Positions 23,061 through 35,839 of a DNA stretch of 64,000 nucleotides are shown piece after piece. The notes beneath the pieces were generated by a model. That model saw nothing but the letters and a program-made list of their open reading frames with translations. It was not told the origin of the DNA and ran no database searches. Within the stretch, counting starts at the first letter, position 1, and every line of letters starts with the position of its first letter. Position numbers and translations under genes: made by a program. Origin of the DNA: Azolla caroliniana (Eukaryota; Plantae; Polypodiophyta); the NCBI GenBank assembly GCA_043228905.1, contig JBHGNT010000001.1, positions 5,332,001 through 5,396,000 of the forward strand, in the 5' to 3' direction.

Positions 23061-25934
23061 ACGACATGTTAATATGGCACAAGTCAATCCCCTCAAATAA
23101 CTTTTTATACAAGCTCAATAGTAATTTGGTGACTCTCACGTCTCTACTAGTGTGATATTTCATCCTACCCTATTATGTTATCAAAAACAAGAGGTTGACC
23201 CATAGAAGTGTTAGCCATATAAGTGTATACAAGTATGTCACAAAAGTAAAAAATATATCTACTCATAGATTGACAAAACATGCTTGGAATATACACAATT
23301 CACAATTTAAAATAGATAAGAGCAAAAATCCTCTTATCTAGCTAGGTGCGTGACATTATGAAATGGTTTAAAAGATGGAAGTAAAAGCTACATTGGAGCT
23401 CTTAGGTGATGCTATGAAGTATGTGGTCTTCCAGAATAGATTACTTGAGGCAATAATGATGAAGTGGGAAGATGCTAAAATGTCAAAACTAGAATATTAC
23501 ATTGCAAATAGTAACCTCAAGGTTACATTAGTAGTGCACACACACATTACATGGGTCTTTGCAAGGCTCACCTTTTGATCACTTATGGACTCTAGAGATT
23601 AGTGTCAGTTTGGTCGAATTCTTGCTTGAGATATAAGGGCATTAATATATACCTTAATTCTATGAAATGGGAAGATATTGTTGTATCTCACATCGATGTC
23701 AACCTTGAACACAAGTAGATGATTGCAACTAGGAAACAATCTCGAGCCTTAACAAGGTTCCCATACTCCATGGTAAACATATTAAGGAATCATATCTATA
23801 TATTGTTATGTTGCTCAAATGAGGACAACCTTGATGATTGCAAATCTTGTGTCACTCCTATGGATAGAATCATCTTCTCACTACACATACCCATGTATTA
23901 GTTACTACAAGATAGAGCTTGGTAATATTTTGTCATTTTACTAGTTTGGGCATAAATGCATTAACTAGATTGGGGAGACCTCATCATCCTTATCCTTGGG
24001 ATCATCATATGCTTCTACTATTTCGTTGCTATAGTTATTGTAACTTTTTGTTTTATTTTTGGTAGTGACAACCATCCTCATTTGTCTCACGAGTCATATG
24101 GGGGGTTTTGGCCATTAATAACGTTAAAAAGTCTCCTTTCTCTCTCTAAAATCGACAACTTTCCCTAGAATGGAGGAAGTGGTGACATTGGAGGGAGATA
24201 ATTGTGATTTTAGAGTGAGAAAGAGCTCTGATTAGAAGGGTGAATGGGGTATTTTTGAAAAGAGGGATTATCATTAAATTAGATTGATTAGCGACCAACT
24301 TCATATTTTTAAAATTTCAAGGGTTAGTTTTGAGTTTACGCTATAATGAATGGCGTGCAAGTATTTAATCTGAAAAATGGTTTGCTTCAAGATGTGCCAA
24401 AAGCAAGCCATTTTCAGATTAAATACTTGCAAGCCTTTCATTATAGCGTAAACTCAAAACAAGTTGTGTCCATGGATGGGCTATTAATAGCTATTAATAT
24501 CTTTTTATTGATACACATTCACATTGGTTGTGTATATAACAATGAATTATAAGTTATTAGCATCTCCACAATACTCAACTTAGCATCGAACACAATCAAG
24601 TTGTCCATCATATGTCTTGATCACCACAGGAGTTGAAATAATTCACCATGACAAGCAAAGGACAATCAATCACCATGAGCAAATTGTACTTTGCTGTTCA
24701 TTTATTTGAAATATTTTATTCTTTGACCTCAATCATAATGTATGCCACATCATCTATGAAAAGTGTAGAGATTATTTAAATAATTTATTTTGGTAGAAAC
24801 AATATAAATAGACCTAAAAGACAAAAACCCTAGTGGCTTTTTACACCAAATGTTCATTTTATTTAATCATGGTTTTAAAGAGCAACTTGTTGCCTTGCCT
24901 AAATATTAAAGTCTTGGGAGTTGTAACGTCCTCAATGACATTGACTCATATGCATAAAGAGTATTCTTAATACCAAAGTTTCTTGTTTGGTGGCCTACCA
25001 AAATGAAACACATTATATCACAACATGGTCACTTATAAGTGATGCATGTTCCGGCACAACTTGACACATATACTCTTCTAAAACTTCCAACATATAGTCA
25101 TTGTCTTGCAACGTAATCCTCCCATGTTCATGCTTGACAATGTCACTATTATGTGATACGTGTCTGGGCAATACAACATGACACATATTGTTAACTACCT
25201 TTTGTATGTAGTAGTTTCCATGAAGACATCGACATTGGAGTTGGTACGAAACTAAGTACAAGTCCAAGAAAAAAGGAATTGAACAATTTTGTCTCTAGAG
25301 CTTCTTTAGGCCAAATAGCCACCTTGATGTGAAAAGGGACAACCTTTTTGTAGGTGAGCTATAAAAGTCACAAAAGTGACTTTTTAGCTCCTCTTCTTGA
25401 CTTTTAGTCTAAGCCCCCTTAATCACTCCTTCCTATTGTATTAATTGAGGTATAGTTATTGCTTACATGTGTAATCTTTTGGTTACTGTTTTCGATAATA
25501 TGTATTTAATGCGAAAGCCCATTAGGGTATTATTGAGGTTCTTTGTGAGGTTAACGTCATTAAGAGAGGTGACGAGAGTTTGCACGATTAAGGTTAATAT
25601 CTCGAGAGTGCTTGACAATAACTCTTGCCTAGTTCACCACCAATAGGGTATATGGTAGTTTGAACCCCTTGGCATACGATTTTGGCAAGGAGAGAGAAGT
25701 CTGACTGGAATGAAGATATTCTCTTGGTGCAATGCACTTTGGGGCAACATAAGTATGCTCTATAAATAATTAAGAAACTATATGTGTAGTTCCACATGCA
25801 CTAGGTAGATTAAGTATGCATGTGTGTGGGAGTTAAGAAGAGATAGAGAAATAAAGAGTGGCAATGTATACACCAAAAACAATTATATATATATATATAT
25901 ATATATTAACAAGATAAGGGAATATTACAATGAA

Positions 25935-26830
25935 GCTATCAAAACACTTAGTAAATCAATTAGTTAAACATGTAATTGACATCTTACACAAATGGCATGG
26001 CTTGGTTAAAAAAAGAGCTTCTACAAAAGTACATGAAGAATCTAGATTGCTATCTATGTAGGAGCAGTATTCCATACGCTCTTTGTTGGAGCCATGACTA
26101 TCTTTGTCATGCTCAAGCATATTTGCCTTTCCTTCATTTGAACGAGTGCAATGTTTTGGTCAATTGTATGACGCCAATCACTAATCAAGCAGCCAAGTTG
26201 CTTTGTCCACGTCACATTGATTGATCATTTTGTTGTAGGTTTTTTTTACCGCAGTAAGTCTTAGGATAATTGGTTTCCATACTATAACAAAAACCATTGA
26301 AATTAGTTTTTGGTTCTTAAGAGTATGCCTAAAACATTCCATCCTGATGGATTAGCCTAGATGTTGGGATTCTTAGAAAAGCTCGGGCAAAGTTGATATG
26401 ACCTCCTATACTGTGATTTCAATTAGGCTAGAGATCTCAAGTATAGGAGGTCGGCCTCTAGATTTCGTTTCACCCATGGGTCCAAAATATTGTATTGGTC
26501 CAAGTGTTGCAACAAATCTCATGCTTCATAGGTGGACCAAGCTCATTGAGATCTACCACCACTTATACAAGAGCTCATTGGTCCAAATGAGAAGGTGAAT
26601 TTGAAGTTTTGTCCTACTAAAGACAATTGTGGAAAGCACTTCACAAATGTCCTCAAACCTCTCTTGTAATTGCCTTAAATGCCCCACTTGAATCAATATA
26701 ACCCACCTCTACTTTCTCCATTGTTCTTGCTTTCTCTTATGTAATCGCATGCACATTCCTCCTCCTCCATGAAAAATGCACCATTGATGTCAAATGTAAC
26801 CTCATTGATCCACCAGTTCTAGAATGTGGA
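25935..26830 (-). mobile_element. Possible highly decayed LINE 3' remnant
   Basis: Degenerate tail motif TAACTAATTG..GTTTTGA near 25938-25966 on the minus strand and weak resemblance to the ORF2 C-terminus. Not securely alignable by eye. Confidence 0.25.
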
Positions 26831-27505
26831 GGAATGCTTCTAATTTAAAGTGGCATGCATTTATAAATATTGTCACACATATGCATAGCCTATGGAATCC
26901 AAATGAATGGGGGTATGTGATAAAGGGTTTCCCACGTAGGGAGTTAGTGAGAAGATGTCACCTTGTCAAGGTGGCCATTTTCTTGTAACATTCATCATGG
27001 GTTTTCAAATTTTGAGGTTTCCCCTCAACAATACAATGTATCACTTCCAAGAAAGAGAGAGGGAACAAGAATTTCCCACACAGGCATGGCCAAACTGATG
27101 GCCTAGAGCTCCATGTATAGTTGAGTGTCAAGTAATAATTTTCTTTGTTGTGTAGTCAAAATTGGTAACAACTAAGTTTGGAGTTGAACATGCAAACATT
27201 AATCTTCGAATGTTGGAGTACAATGTCTATCAGGATGTGGAGAATACTCATTTGAGATCTAACAGTTAGACCTGTATGATGCTGATTGATATGGATGGGT
27301 TTTAAAGACTCTTTGGAAGGTTGTATGGATGTTCTAAACGAGTATCAAGGACAAGACATGTCAATTTTCATGTGTCCCAACAATTTCAACACTATCAAAG
27401 GGATCAGATTGGTGTAAGAAGAATTGCTGATGGTACAAGAATTGCTGTTGATCTTTGTATCAATTGCAAATATATATTTACATGAAATCAGCACTATTTT
27501 TTTCT

Positions 27506-29941
27506 TCATCCATGACATAGAAGTTCAGCTATTGGATCTTCTTTTTCCTCATTATAATGCTCGTAAAGAGTAGAACTATCTTCAGAAAAAATATCCTCTT
27601 TATCCATCATCATGCACGCCAGAATCGTTGCAGCATCTTCATTCCTACCAATACCTGCATAAATGTTCGCCATCATCACATACGGGACATGGTCACAAGG
27701 ATCGACTTCCACAATGTGGTTCAAAGAGCTTTCACCTCGTTCAGCATCGAGTAAATTTCGACATGTCGTGAGCAATGTCATCCACGATAGTGCCGACGGT
27801 TGGAATGGCATAATGCTGATCACGCTTTCGGCCTCATATAACTGTCCCACCCTCCCAAACATGTCCACAATGCAATCATAATGCTCAAGAGTGGGAATCA
27901 TACCAACCTCATCAACATTGGTGTAAGAGAGAGAATAAATTGCTTCCTCAACCGAACCCATATGACTACACGCTGAGAGATATGTAATGAAGGTGACCTT
28001 GTCAGGCATGATTTCTATTTCATCCATTTGCTTTAAGAGGCATTGAGAATCCGCCCTGAGGCCATGTTGAGCACATGTAGCAATCATAACATTCCAAGAG
28101 GCTAAGTTACGTATTGGCATTCTACTGAAGAGATACCATCCAATTGCTAACTCACCACATTTCCCATACATGTTCATAAGAGCATTAGCGACGGGTAATT
28201 CTGTTGCAAATTCACATTCATTTAGACGGATATGCACAAACTTCCCCTCATATAAAGCCATTAGGTTAGTACAGGAGACAATTACATTCAGATATGTCAC
28301 CATATCTGGGATTGATCCTTGCAACAACATCTGGGCAAATAGTTGTAGCGACTTTTGATCATGTCGATGGAGGGAATGGGCTGAAATCATGGCCGTCCAT
28401 GATATGACATTCGGCTCTGGAATCAGATCAAATATGTCATATGTATTTTCCAAGCTCCCTGTCCTACCATGCATGTTAATAAGAGTGGTGGCTACCATAA
28501 CATCTGAACTGAAACCACCCGAAAGAAGAATATGAGAGTAAAAAGAGTGAGCAGTGATCAGATCTTCTTTATTAGCAATCGATTCAAGCACACAAACATA
28601 TGTGACATTGTTAGGTATCATCCCGGCTTGTGTCATTCTGTTGAAAAGAGATAACGCCATTCTGCAACCCCCTCCATTTTGAGCATAAACTGAAATCATT
28701 GCATTCCAAGAGATTACATCCTTTTCAAGCATCTCATCAAATACTTTAAGTGCATCAGGTAAGCTTTGGCACTTCCCGTACATGGTAACTAATGCATTCC
28801 CAACAATAACCTCTCCCCCATATCCACTTTGTTTGATACAAGCATGTATTTGTCTACCTTCGGGAAGGGCAGACCGACTACCGCATACATCGAGCATGCT
28901 CATGTATGTGACCATGTCTATACTTACACCTCCAAATTGCATCCTTTCAAGGAGTTTGAGGGCCTCTTTGAGGCAACCATGATGAGCATAGGCCGAGATC
29001 ATCGCATTTGAGGCAACCACATTTGAATGGGATAAAGCATCAAACAACCTTTGGGCGTCGCTCAAGCTCCCCCATTGGCTATACATTCTAACAAGTGCGT
29101 TAGCAATGACAAATTCAGATTCAAGTTCAGATGCTGTGGCGTGTACGTGCATTCTTTTGCCATTGCGGAGCGATCCTGGGTACGAAAATATGCATGCAAA
29201 GGTAGCCCTAGACGCGAGGATACTTTCCATGTTCATTTGGTGGAATAGTTGTAACACCTCCCTCCCATGCTTATGTTGTTTGAACCCTGAGATCAATGCA
29301 TTCCATGTGATCGTATCTCTCTTTGACATACCGTCAAACAGCTCTGATGCAAGGTTAAAATCTCCACACTTACCATAAAGATTCACCAAAGCGGTCACAA
29401 TCACAACATGAGATTCATATCGCGCCCCAATGACACGAGCATTCATCCTTCTTCCTTCTACAAGAGAACTTGGCAATGTAGTACATACCGATATGATGGT
29501 GATGTATGTGACTTTATCAACTAGAACACATTCTTGAAGCATTTGATCGAAACATGCCAATGAAACTGATCCTTTTCCAAGGCGACAATGTAGACCTATC
29601 ATGTAATTCCAAGTACATACGTCGCGTCGTGGCATCTCAGAAAACCATGCCATGGCATCGTGAAGAGACCCACATTTTCCATACATTTCAAGGATTAGAA
29701 ACCCTAAAAACATATTGGATCCATGGCCATGTTTGATTATATGACCATGAATTCTTCTACAATCTAGTAGGGAAGAGCCGCATTCCTTTAGGAGAGATGC
29801 GTATGTATCCACATCTACACTTGTGAGAGAATCTAATGTTTGCATTGATAATGTTGGACTTTGAGCTTCCATGCAAGCTGTGGAGAAGATTCTGATGTTT
29901 CTTTCTTGTTGATGAGTCATCCATAGCCTTCTTAGGATCAT
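27506..29941 (-). CDS. PLS-class pentatricopeptide repeat protein, E subgroup, 811 aa, intronless; likely organellar RNA-editing specificity factor
   Basis: Repeated P-L-S triplets (VGNALVTMYGKC, DVISWNAMISVYAQNG, PDKVTFITYLSACSHMG). E domain MPFQPSALSWMTLLTTCR..VDP..PYVMMANIYA. No DYW domain. Arg-rich N-terminus suggests mitochondrial targeting (inference). Confidence 0.95.
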   Translation of the reverse strand: MILRRLWMTHQQERNIRIFSTACMEAQSPTLSMQTLDSLTSVDVDTYASLLKECGSSLLDCRRIHGHIIKHGHGSNMFLGFLILEMYGKCGSLHDAMAWFSEMPRRDVCTWNYMIGLHCRLGKGSVSLACFDQMLQECVLVDKVTYITIISVCTTLPSSLVEGRRMNARVIGARYESHVVIVTALVNLYGKCGDFNLASELFDGMSKRDTITWNALISGFKQHKHGREVLQLFHQMNMESILASRATFACIFSYPGSLRNGKRMHVHATASELESEFVIANALVRMYSQWGSLSDAQRLFDALSHSNVVASNAMISAYAHHGCLKEALKLLERMQFGGVSIDMVTYMSMLDVCGSRSALPEGRQIHACIKQSGYGGEVIVGNALVTMYGKCQSLPDALKVFDEMLEKDVISWNAMISVYAQNGGGCRMALSLFNRMTQAGMIPNNVTYVCVLESIANKEDLITAHSFYSHILLSGGFSSDVMVATTLINMHGRTGSLENTYDIFDLIPEPNVISWTAMISAHSLHRHDQKSLQLFAQMLLQGSIPDMVTYLNVIVSCTNLMALYEGKFVHIRLNECEFATELPVANALMNMYGKCGELAIGWYLFSRMPIRNLASWNVMIATCAQHGLRADSQCLLKQMDEIEIMPDKVTFITYLSACSHMGSVEEAIYSLSYTNVDEVGMIPTLEHYDCIVDMFGRVGQLYEAESVISIMPFQPSALSWMTLLTTCRNLLDAERGESSLNHIVEVDPCDHVPYVMMANIYAGIGRNEDAATILACMMMDKEDIFSEDSSTLYEHYNEEKEDPIAELLCHG

Positions 29942-30831
29942 CTTCTCTGGGCAGCATTAGGACAGAGAAAAGTAGAAAAGAAAAGGAGAAAAAGGAAAGA
30001 AAATAACCGAAGGAAAAAGAGAAACAGAGCAACAAACAGACTGATCAAGTAAATGCATAGAGGAGGAAGAAGAAAGAATAAGAAAATGGAGAAAATCAAA
30101 CGAAATGCGAAGTGCCCAAAAAAAAAAAAAAAGAGTACGATAGAGCAAACAAAGGAAATGCAAAATATTAAAATTAAAAGATGGTGATTAAGGAGGTGAA
30201 TTACTACTCATGATGTTTTTATGTTGTGGATTAGTCATTTAATCGGCCTTAGCTTAAACTTTCTATAGATTATGTCATTATGAATATATTTTTAGTGATC
30301 AAAGAAGTGGGGATACCCATTTCATCAAGGTTTGTTCTAGCTACCTATGGAGAGATCGGTATGGCGTATTGTCGAGCCATGATGCCTAGAGAGTTTGGGT
30401 TTTGAAAGAAATAGGGACACTGATCTTGTGTCTACGTTCTTTCTAACCATACATTTTGGAGATCCATTATGCCAACAAGCTTTGGCTTAGATTTACACTG
30501 ACAATCTAACACCTAGTCCCCATGGGAATGTTTTTGGGTTATTTTAATTTTTCGAATCAAGTTTGCTAGTTTTGGCTTTGCATTCACAATCCACTAGGGA
30601 ACAAACGTGTGTTGAAGAGCATCAATATGCCTTTGTTGTTGACCTCCGAAAAGGTGGTTCAACATGACTTTGTTATCGAGCTCTCTAAGGATGATTAGGC
30701 CTTGACCTTCAAAAACATGTAAGGTAGCTTATTTGTAATCAAGAAGGGAATGCATGTCAAGAAAACGCCATCCATTAAGAGTCACATTGTATGTCTTCCC
30801 TCTTGCTAACAGACTTGTGGTGTCCACTTCC

Positions 30832-31042
30832 TATCCAATCATGCTGGATTGCGAAGGAAGTTTGCCCATTGAAAGCTACCTTGGGTGCAATATTTATCAA
30901 CAATGGATAGATAGATGGGTGCCCATGACTTATCCAATCATGTTGGATTGTGAAGGGGCATCACTTGTTCGTTCTCGAGGAAGTTTTCCCATTGAAAGCC
31001 ACCTTGGGTTGCGGTATTCATCAAGAATAGATAAATAGATGG
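30832..31042. repeat. Tandem duplication (~90-110 bp) in the PPR intergenic region
   Basis: TATCCAATCATG(C/T)TGGATTG..GGAAGTTT.CCCATTGAAAGC.ACCTTGGG at 30832 and 30931. Confidence 0.8.
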
Positions 31043-31541
31043 CATCCATTTCCTAGTTGATTGTGTATTACATCATGTACGAACACTCTAGCAAAGAGAT
31101 TCAACTTAATAGTGTGTCCATTCATTGGGAAGAGGGGCAAGCCCAAAGATAGAATTCTAATGCTATGTCTCCCTTGATTGAACCTTTCTTTAAGGGTGCA
31201 TCATGTCCATGTTCACAATGAATCTAGATAAACTTGTCGCTGAGTTCATAGCACATCCACCATGTTTAACTTGATATTCCTAGTTACATTCAACAATTGT
31301 TGTCAATGGGAATACAATTTTCATGGTTAACACTATTAATCATTTCAAGTTGAAAAGACATCTAGAAAAAAGTTCATGGTATTGCCTACGGGGTATGTTT
31401 GCGCCATGTGTGAATAGCAAGTGCACAAAGTGTAGGATACAAGTGTTCAGCCCAACTTTCCATATATTGGTGAGAAACATACTTCGAACAAACCTCATTA
31501 TTTGTATATTAAAATTATACCAAGCACATGAGGGAATCATC

Positions 31542-31750
31542 ACAATTTAGGTATTGCTCCATATACATTCAAATGTTTTGATTCCAAATTTATTTATTAA
31601 TCAGAATTGGATACAAATGTTTGCTAAATCACAGTTAGTTTGGCATAACAATTTAGGTATTGTTCCATATATGTACATACATTCAAATATTTTGATTCCA
31701 AATTTATTTTCTAGTCAAAATTGGATACAATGTTTACTAGATCACAATTA
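31542..31750. repeat. Tandem duplication (~105 bp) upstream of the second PPR gene
   Basis: ACAATTTAGGTATTG..TACATTCAAAT.TTTTGATTCCAAATTTATTT..AATTGGATACAA at about 31542 and 31648. Confidence 0.8.
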
Positions 31751-31824
31751 TTCATCAAGAGAGGGCTATATTTTTGCAAATACCTAAAACCCGAGAAAGG
31801 TATAGATTTTCACATTTCATATAC

Positions 31825-31828
<4 letters not shown>

Positions 31829-31868
<40 letters not shown>
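31829..31868. repeat. (CT)n microsatellite just upstream of the PPR start codon
   Basis: About 20 CT units ending a few nt before ATG 31875. Confidence 0.9.
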
Positions 31869-31871
<3 letters not shown>

Positions 31872-31874
31872 TAT

Positions 31875-33989
31875 ATGAGAGCACTCCACTTTGCTCGCAT
31901 CAAGGCTGCAGTTTGCAAGCTCTGCACTGGGATCCGGCCATACTCCACTTCGATCCTGTCTTCTGCTCGAGATGACCTAATCACCTCCTTAAAGACCTGC
32001 AAAAGCATACAGGAAGCTCGGATCTTGCATAACAATGCTCTCTTCCATGGCTATGAAAATGACATCTTCCTCTCGAATCGTCTCCTTCAGGTCTATGGGA
32101 ACTTCGGATCTCTCCAAGATGCAGAAACACTTATATACCGGCAGAATGTAAACCCTAATCTCTACTCATGGAACATCATGATCAATGTATACAGTGAGAA
32201 TGGTATGATGAAGAAAGCGTGGGATATTTTTGATGATATGCCATGTAGAGATGTGGTCACATGGAATGCCATGATGTCATCATGCATAAAACATGGGCTT
32301 CATCATGATGCATTACGGCTATTTTGGTCCATGCATCATGATGGAATCTCATATAATGGCATCACATTTGTGAGTGCCCTTGACGCTTGCTCACTTGACC
32401 GTGACTGTGAACATCATCATTATCATGGGATCAGGAAAGGCTATGAAATCCATGGTTTTGTTGCTTGTTTGGGGTTTGATGAGGATGTTATGGTTGGAAA
32501 TGCCCTGATCACTTTCTATGGTATTAAGTACGGTGATATTTACGGTGCGTCGTGGGTTTTCTCACACATGCCACAGCAGGATGTCGTGTCCTGGACATCT
32601 ATGATGTCATCATATACCCAAAGTGGGGATGGAGAAGAATCTCTACATTTGTTCTATTTGATGCATTGTAATAAGCGCATGAAACCCGATAAGGTTGCTT
32701 ATATTTGTGCTCTTGATGCTTGTGCAAATGTGTTTGCACTGGATGATGGACGAGTGATTCATGCATTGATAGGAGAAAATCTCGTTTCGGACCTTGGAGT
32801 GGTCTTGTCCACTGCCCTTGTGAACATGTATGGTGAATGCGATCGTGTTGATGATGCAAAATATGTGTTTTCACGAATGTCGAAACGGAATATAGTCTGC
32901 TGGACAGCTATGTTGTCTGCTTTTTCAAGGAACGGCCATGGAAGGGAGGCTTTACAACTCTTCTATAGGATGAAAGCCGACGGCATTGACCCCAACAACA
33001 TAACGTTTGCGTTTGTGATCGATGCATGCACTATTATTCTTTCTCTATCAGAAGGACAAACGATTCATGGAGATATAGTGAAGAAAGGTCATGAAAAGGA
33101 TACTGCAGTTTCTACGAGTCTCGTCAACTTGTATGGAAATTGTCACTGCATGAATGAGGCAAGGTTTGTTTTCTATGGGATGCAAGAAAAGAGTGTTGTC
33201 TCATGGAGTAACATGATTACTACATGTACCCAAAATGGGTCTCCCAAAGAAGCTCTCAATATCTTCCATGGGATGCAAGAATGTGGTGTGAAACCGAATA
33301 TGATCACATTCGTTTGCCTTTTGGAGGCATGTTCTAGCCTAACATCTCTTCATGATGGACGAGCTATTGATATGTGTATTGATGAATCTGGTTTAGGGGG
33401 AGATGTGATGTTAGGAAATGCATTAATGAGTATGTATGGTAAATGTGGGAGCTTTCAAGATGCTGAGAGGGTTTTCCATCAATTGTCTGATCGAACTGTT
33501 GTTTCATGGACAGCTTTGGTTTCATCGTTTGCACAAAGTGGGCATGGTGCCGACGCATTGGCTTATCTACACCAGATGATGTTGGAAGGCATTATTCCAG
33601 ATAGTATTGCCTTGACATCAGTCCTTTCGGCATGTAGTCATTCGGGGTTGATCGATGAAGCTAAGTGCATTTTATGTGAAACAATGAAAGGGGATTGTGT
33701 CTCGCAAACCATGGACCATTTCTTCTGTATGGTTGATATCCTTGCTCGAGCGGGTCAACTGGATGAGGCACAGACTTTGCTTTGGAAAATTCCATTTCAA
33801 AACTTGACTCTTCCATGGCTTTCTCTCTTAGGGGCTTGTAGAAATCATGGAGCTGTGGAGAGAGGGATATATGTGGCAACTTGTTGTTTTGAGCAAGACC
33901 CACATCATTCCTCGGCCTACACGATGCTCGGAAATGTTTTTGCTACAGATACTATGTTTGAAAATGAAGAGATTAGAATTTTTTTCTGA
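31875..33989 (+). CDS. PLS-class pentatricopeptide repeat protein, E subgroup, 704 aa, intronless
   Basis: PLS repeats (DVVTWNAMMSS, LGNALMSMYGKCGS, SVLSACSHSGLIDEA). E domain IPFQ..PWLSLLGACRNHG..DPHHSSAYTMLGNVFA. No DYW domain. N-terminus resembles a mitochondrial presequence. Confidence 0.95.
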   Translation: MRALHFARIKAAVCKLCTGIRPYSTSILSSARDDLITSLKTCKSIQEARILHNNALFHGYENDIFLSNRLLQVYGNFGSLQDAETLIYRQNVNPNLYSWNIMINVYSENGMMKKAWDIFDDMPCRDVVTWNAMMSSCIKHGLHHDALRLFWSMHHDGISYNGITFVSALDACSLDRDCEHHHYHGIRKGYEIHGFVACLGFDEDVMVGNALITFYGIKYGDIYGASWVFSHMPQQDVVSWTSMMSSYTQSGDGEESLHLFYLMHCNKRMKPDKVAYICALDACANVFALDDGRVIHALIGENLVSDLGVVLSTALVNMYGECDRVDDAKYVFSRMSKRNIVCWTAMLSAFSRNGHGREALQLFYRMKADGIDPNNITFAFVIDACTIILSLSEGQTIHGDIVKKGHEKDTAVSTSLVNLYGNCHCMNEARFVFYGMQEKSVVSWSNMITTCTQNGSPKEALNIFHGMQECGVKPNMITFVCLLEACSSLTSLHDGRAIDMCIDESGLGGDVMLGNALMSMYGKCGSFQDAERVFHQLSDRTVVSWTALVSSFAQSGHGADALAYLHQMMLEGIIPDSIALTSVLSACSHSGLIDEAKCILCETMKGDCVSQTMDHFFCMVDILARAGQLDEAQTLLWKIPFQNLTLPWLSLLGACRNHGAVERGIYVATCCFEQDPHHSSAYTMLGNVFATDTMFENEEIRIFF

Positions 33990-35839
33990 ATGTAAAGTGA
34001 GGTGCCCAATGATTATTTGCTTTAGATTAGAGAGGTGGCTACATAGGGGATACAGTGGAGATGTACTCTAAAAAGGATGCTTTGGAGATGAAAGGGGAGA
34101 AATGTTTCTAATATTACTGACACGTAAATTAATTTACATTGCAATATTGTGGGTTTTTATATTATGTACATATGTAACCCCAACCTTTCGACAAAGTAAT
34201 TATATTAATGAGCTCTGTATGGACCGTTTTGCCCTTTCTAGTTTCTTGATAAGCATTTTCTGCCTTATTTGCTCTCTCATGGATAGCTCATCAACCCAAG
34301 AGAATTGATGCATGAGTTATAAAAATCAGCAACGTTGTTAGCATAATAGAGATGTGGATGCATCTTGTATGGCCATCATCAATGTCAATTCAACAAGCAG
34401 CATAGATTCTGACTAACTTAAACAGTTGACTAACCAATCGATGATTTTTTAGAAACCTGATCATATGTTCGATGAATGGATGGATTAAGGCTTGTACTTA
34501 TATTGTTTCTAACACAAGATTTGCATTTGCTTGAACTTTACTGATATCTTCCCATGTATTTGAGTATGCAGTGAGATATTATGGTAGGGTGTAATGGGTT
34601 TTGTTTCTCATTCTTTCCGCTCTGATTATTGAGTCAGGTGTTGATGTCAAATGACGATTGCTAAAGTGCAACTCATGGCTTCTACATCGGAAGAAGAAAA
34701 TGTTAAGTTTGAATTCAATGATACAGCGAAGCTTGGCTTCATAACTATACAGAATATTACTATAGTGCCTTGTAGGCATATAATGACCTTCAAGCCTCTG
34801 TGAATAATGTTTCATATGCCTCCTAGAAATGATTGTATTTGGTAATCATTTTCCACTTTGCCTATTATGACTGCTACTCCAGAATTGATGGCATTTGAAT
34901 CGTGAAAATGTTGGTTATCCAATATTCAAAGAATCGAACTCATGGTGTGCATCCATAATGTCTAAAATAATTTGTTGTAGATAAGAGCTTGGTTAGTGGT
35001 GATGACACTGTGTATGGCGGATTACAGTATATATTCAATAGTGGAGTCTAATGTAGGATGGAGGGTGTATTAGGGTGGATATTGTATACATCACTCTTCT
35101 AGCTTTTATGTTTCTTAACAAAATTGGATGTTTTTCTTGTGACAATATGCATATCAGCCTTCAGAGCACAACTTGTCTGCATATAATTCCCTTACACAAA
35201 TTCCTTAGGATACTAGTTTTTAGGTAGATCACATTTGCAAATAAGAGAAAATGCATAACACATGCAATGTTAGGCAATTAATGTCACACATAATAACATT
35301 TTGTTAACTAGATGTCCGTAAGCCCTTACCAATATCAAATTAAGAAATGATATCAACAAGCATGAACTGGAGATGTTCTGGAGCAAGTTAGACTTTGTGA
35401 AATGGAATGAAATGTTATATTCACGTCTTCAAAAGATCAAAATGACCTGTGAGACCAAAGAAATTACATCCCATGGTATCTTATACAATATCTTGACAAT
35501 GTTCTACAAAGAGCATGCCCAAGCTCTACCACAAAAGAGGTGGAAGCCAGGCCACTTAAAAAAGAAACATTATATTTGAAATATGATATATATATAAATA
35601 TATATGTATGTATATGTGTGTATATGTTAGCTACTTGTTAGCCTTCTTTGAGAAAACATCCAAGAAACTACAAGACGTGTGTACGACGGAACCAGAGTTC
35701 ATTTACATGATTGCTGTATTCACCATGCCGAAGGACCATGAAGAATATATATATTTATATGATTTAATTCCAGCAACAATACACAGTTGTCCATCGTGTG
35801 CAGAGGAAATGATTATGACGTGTAAAGAATGAACCCAAT

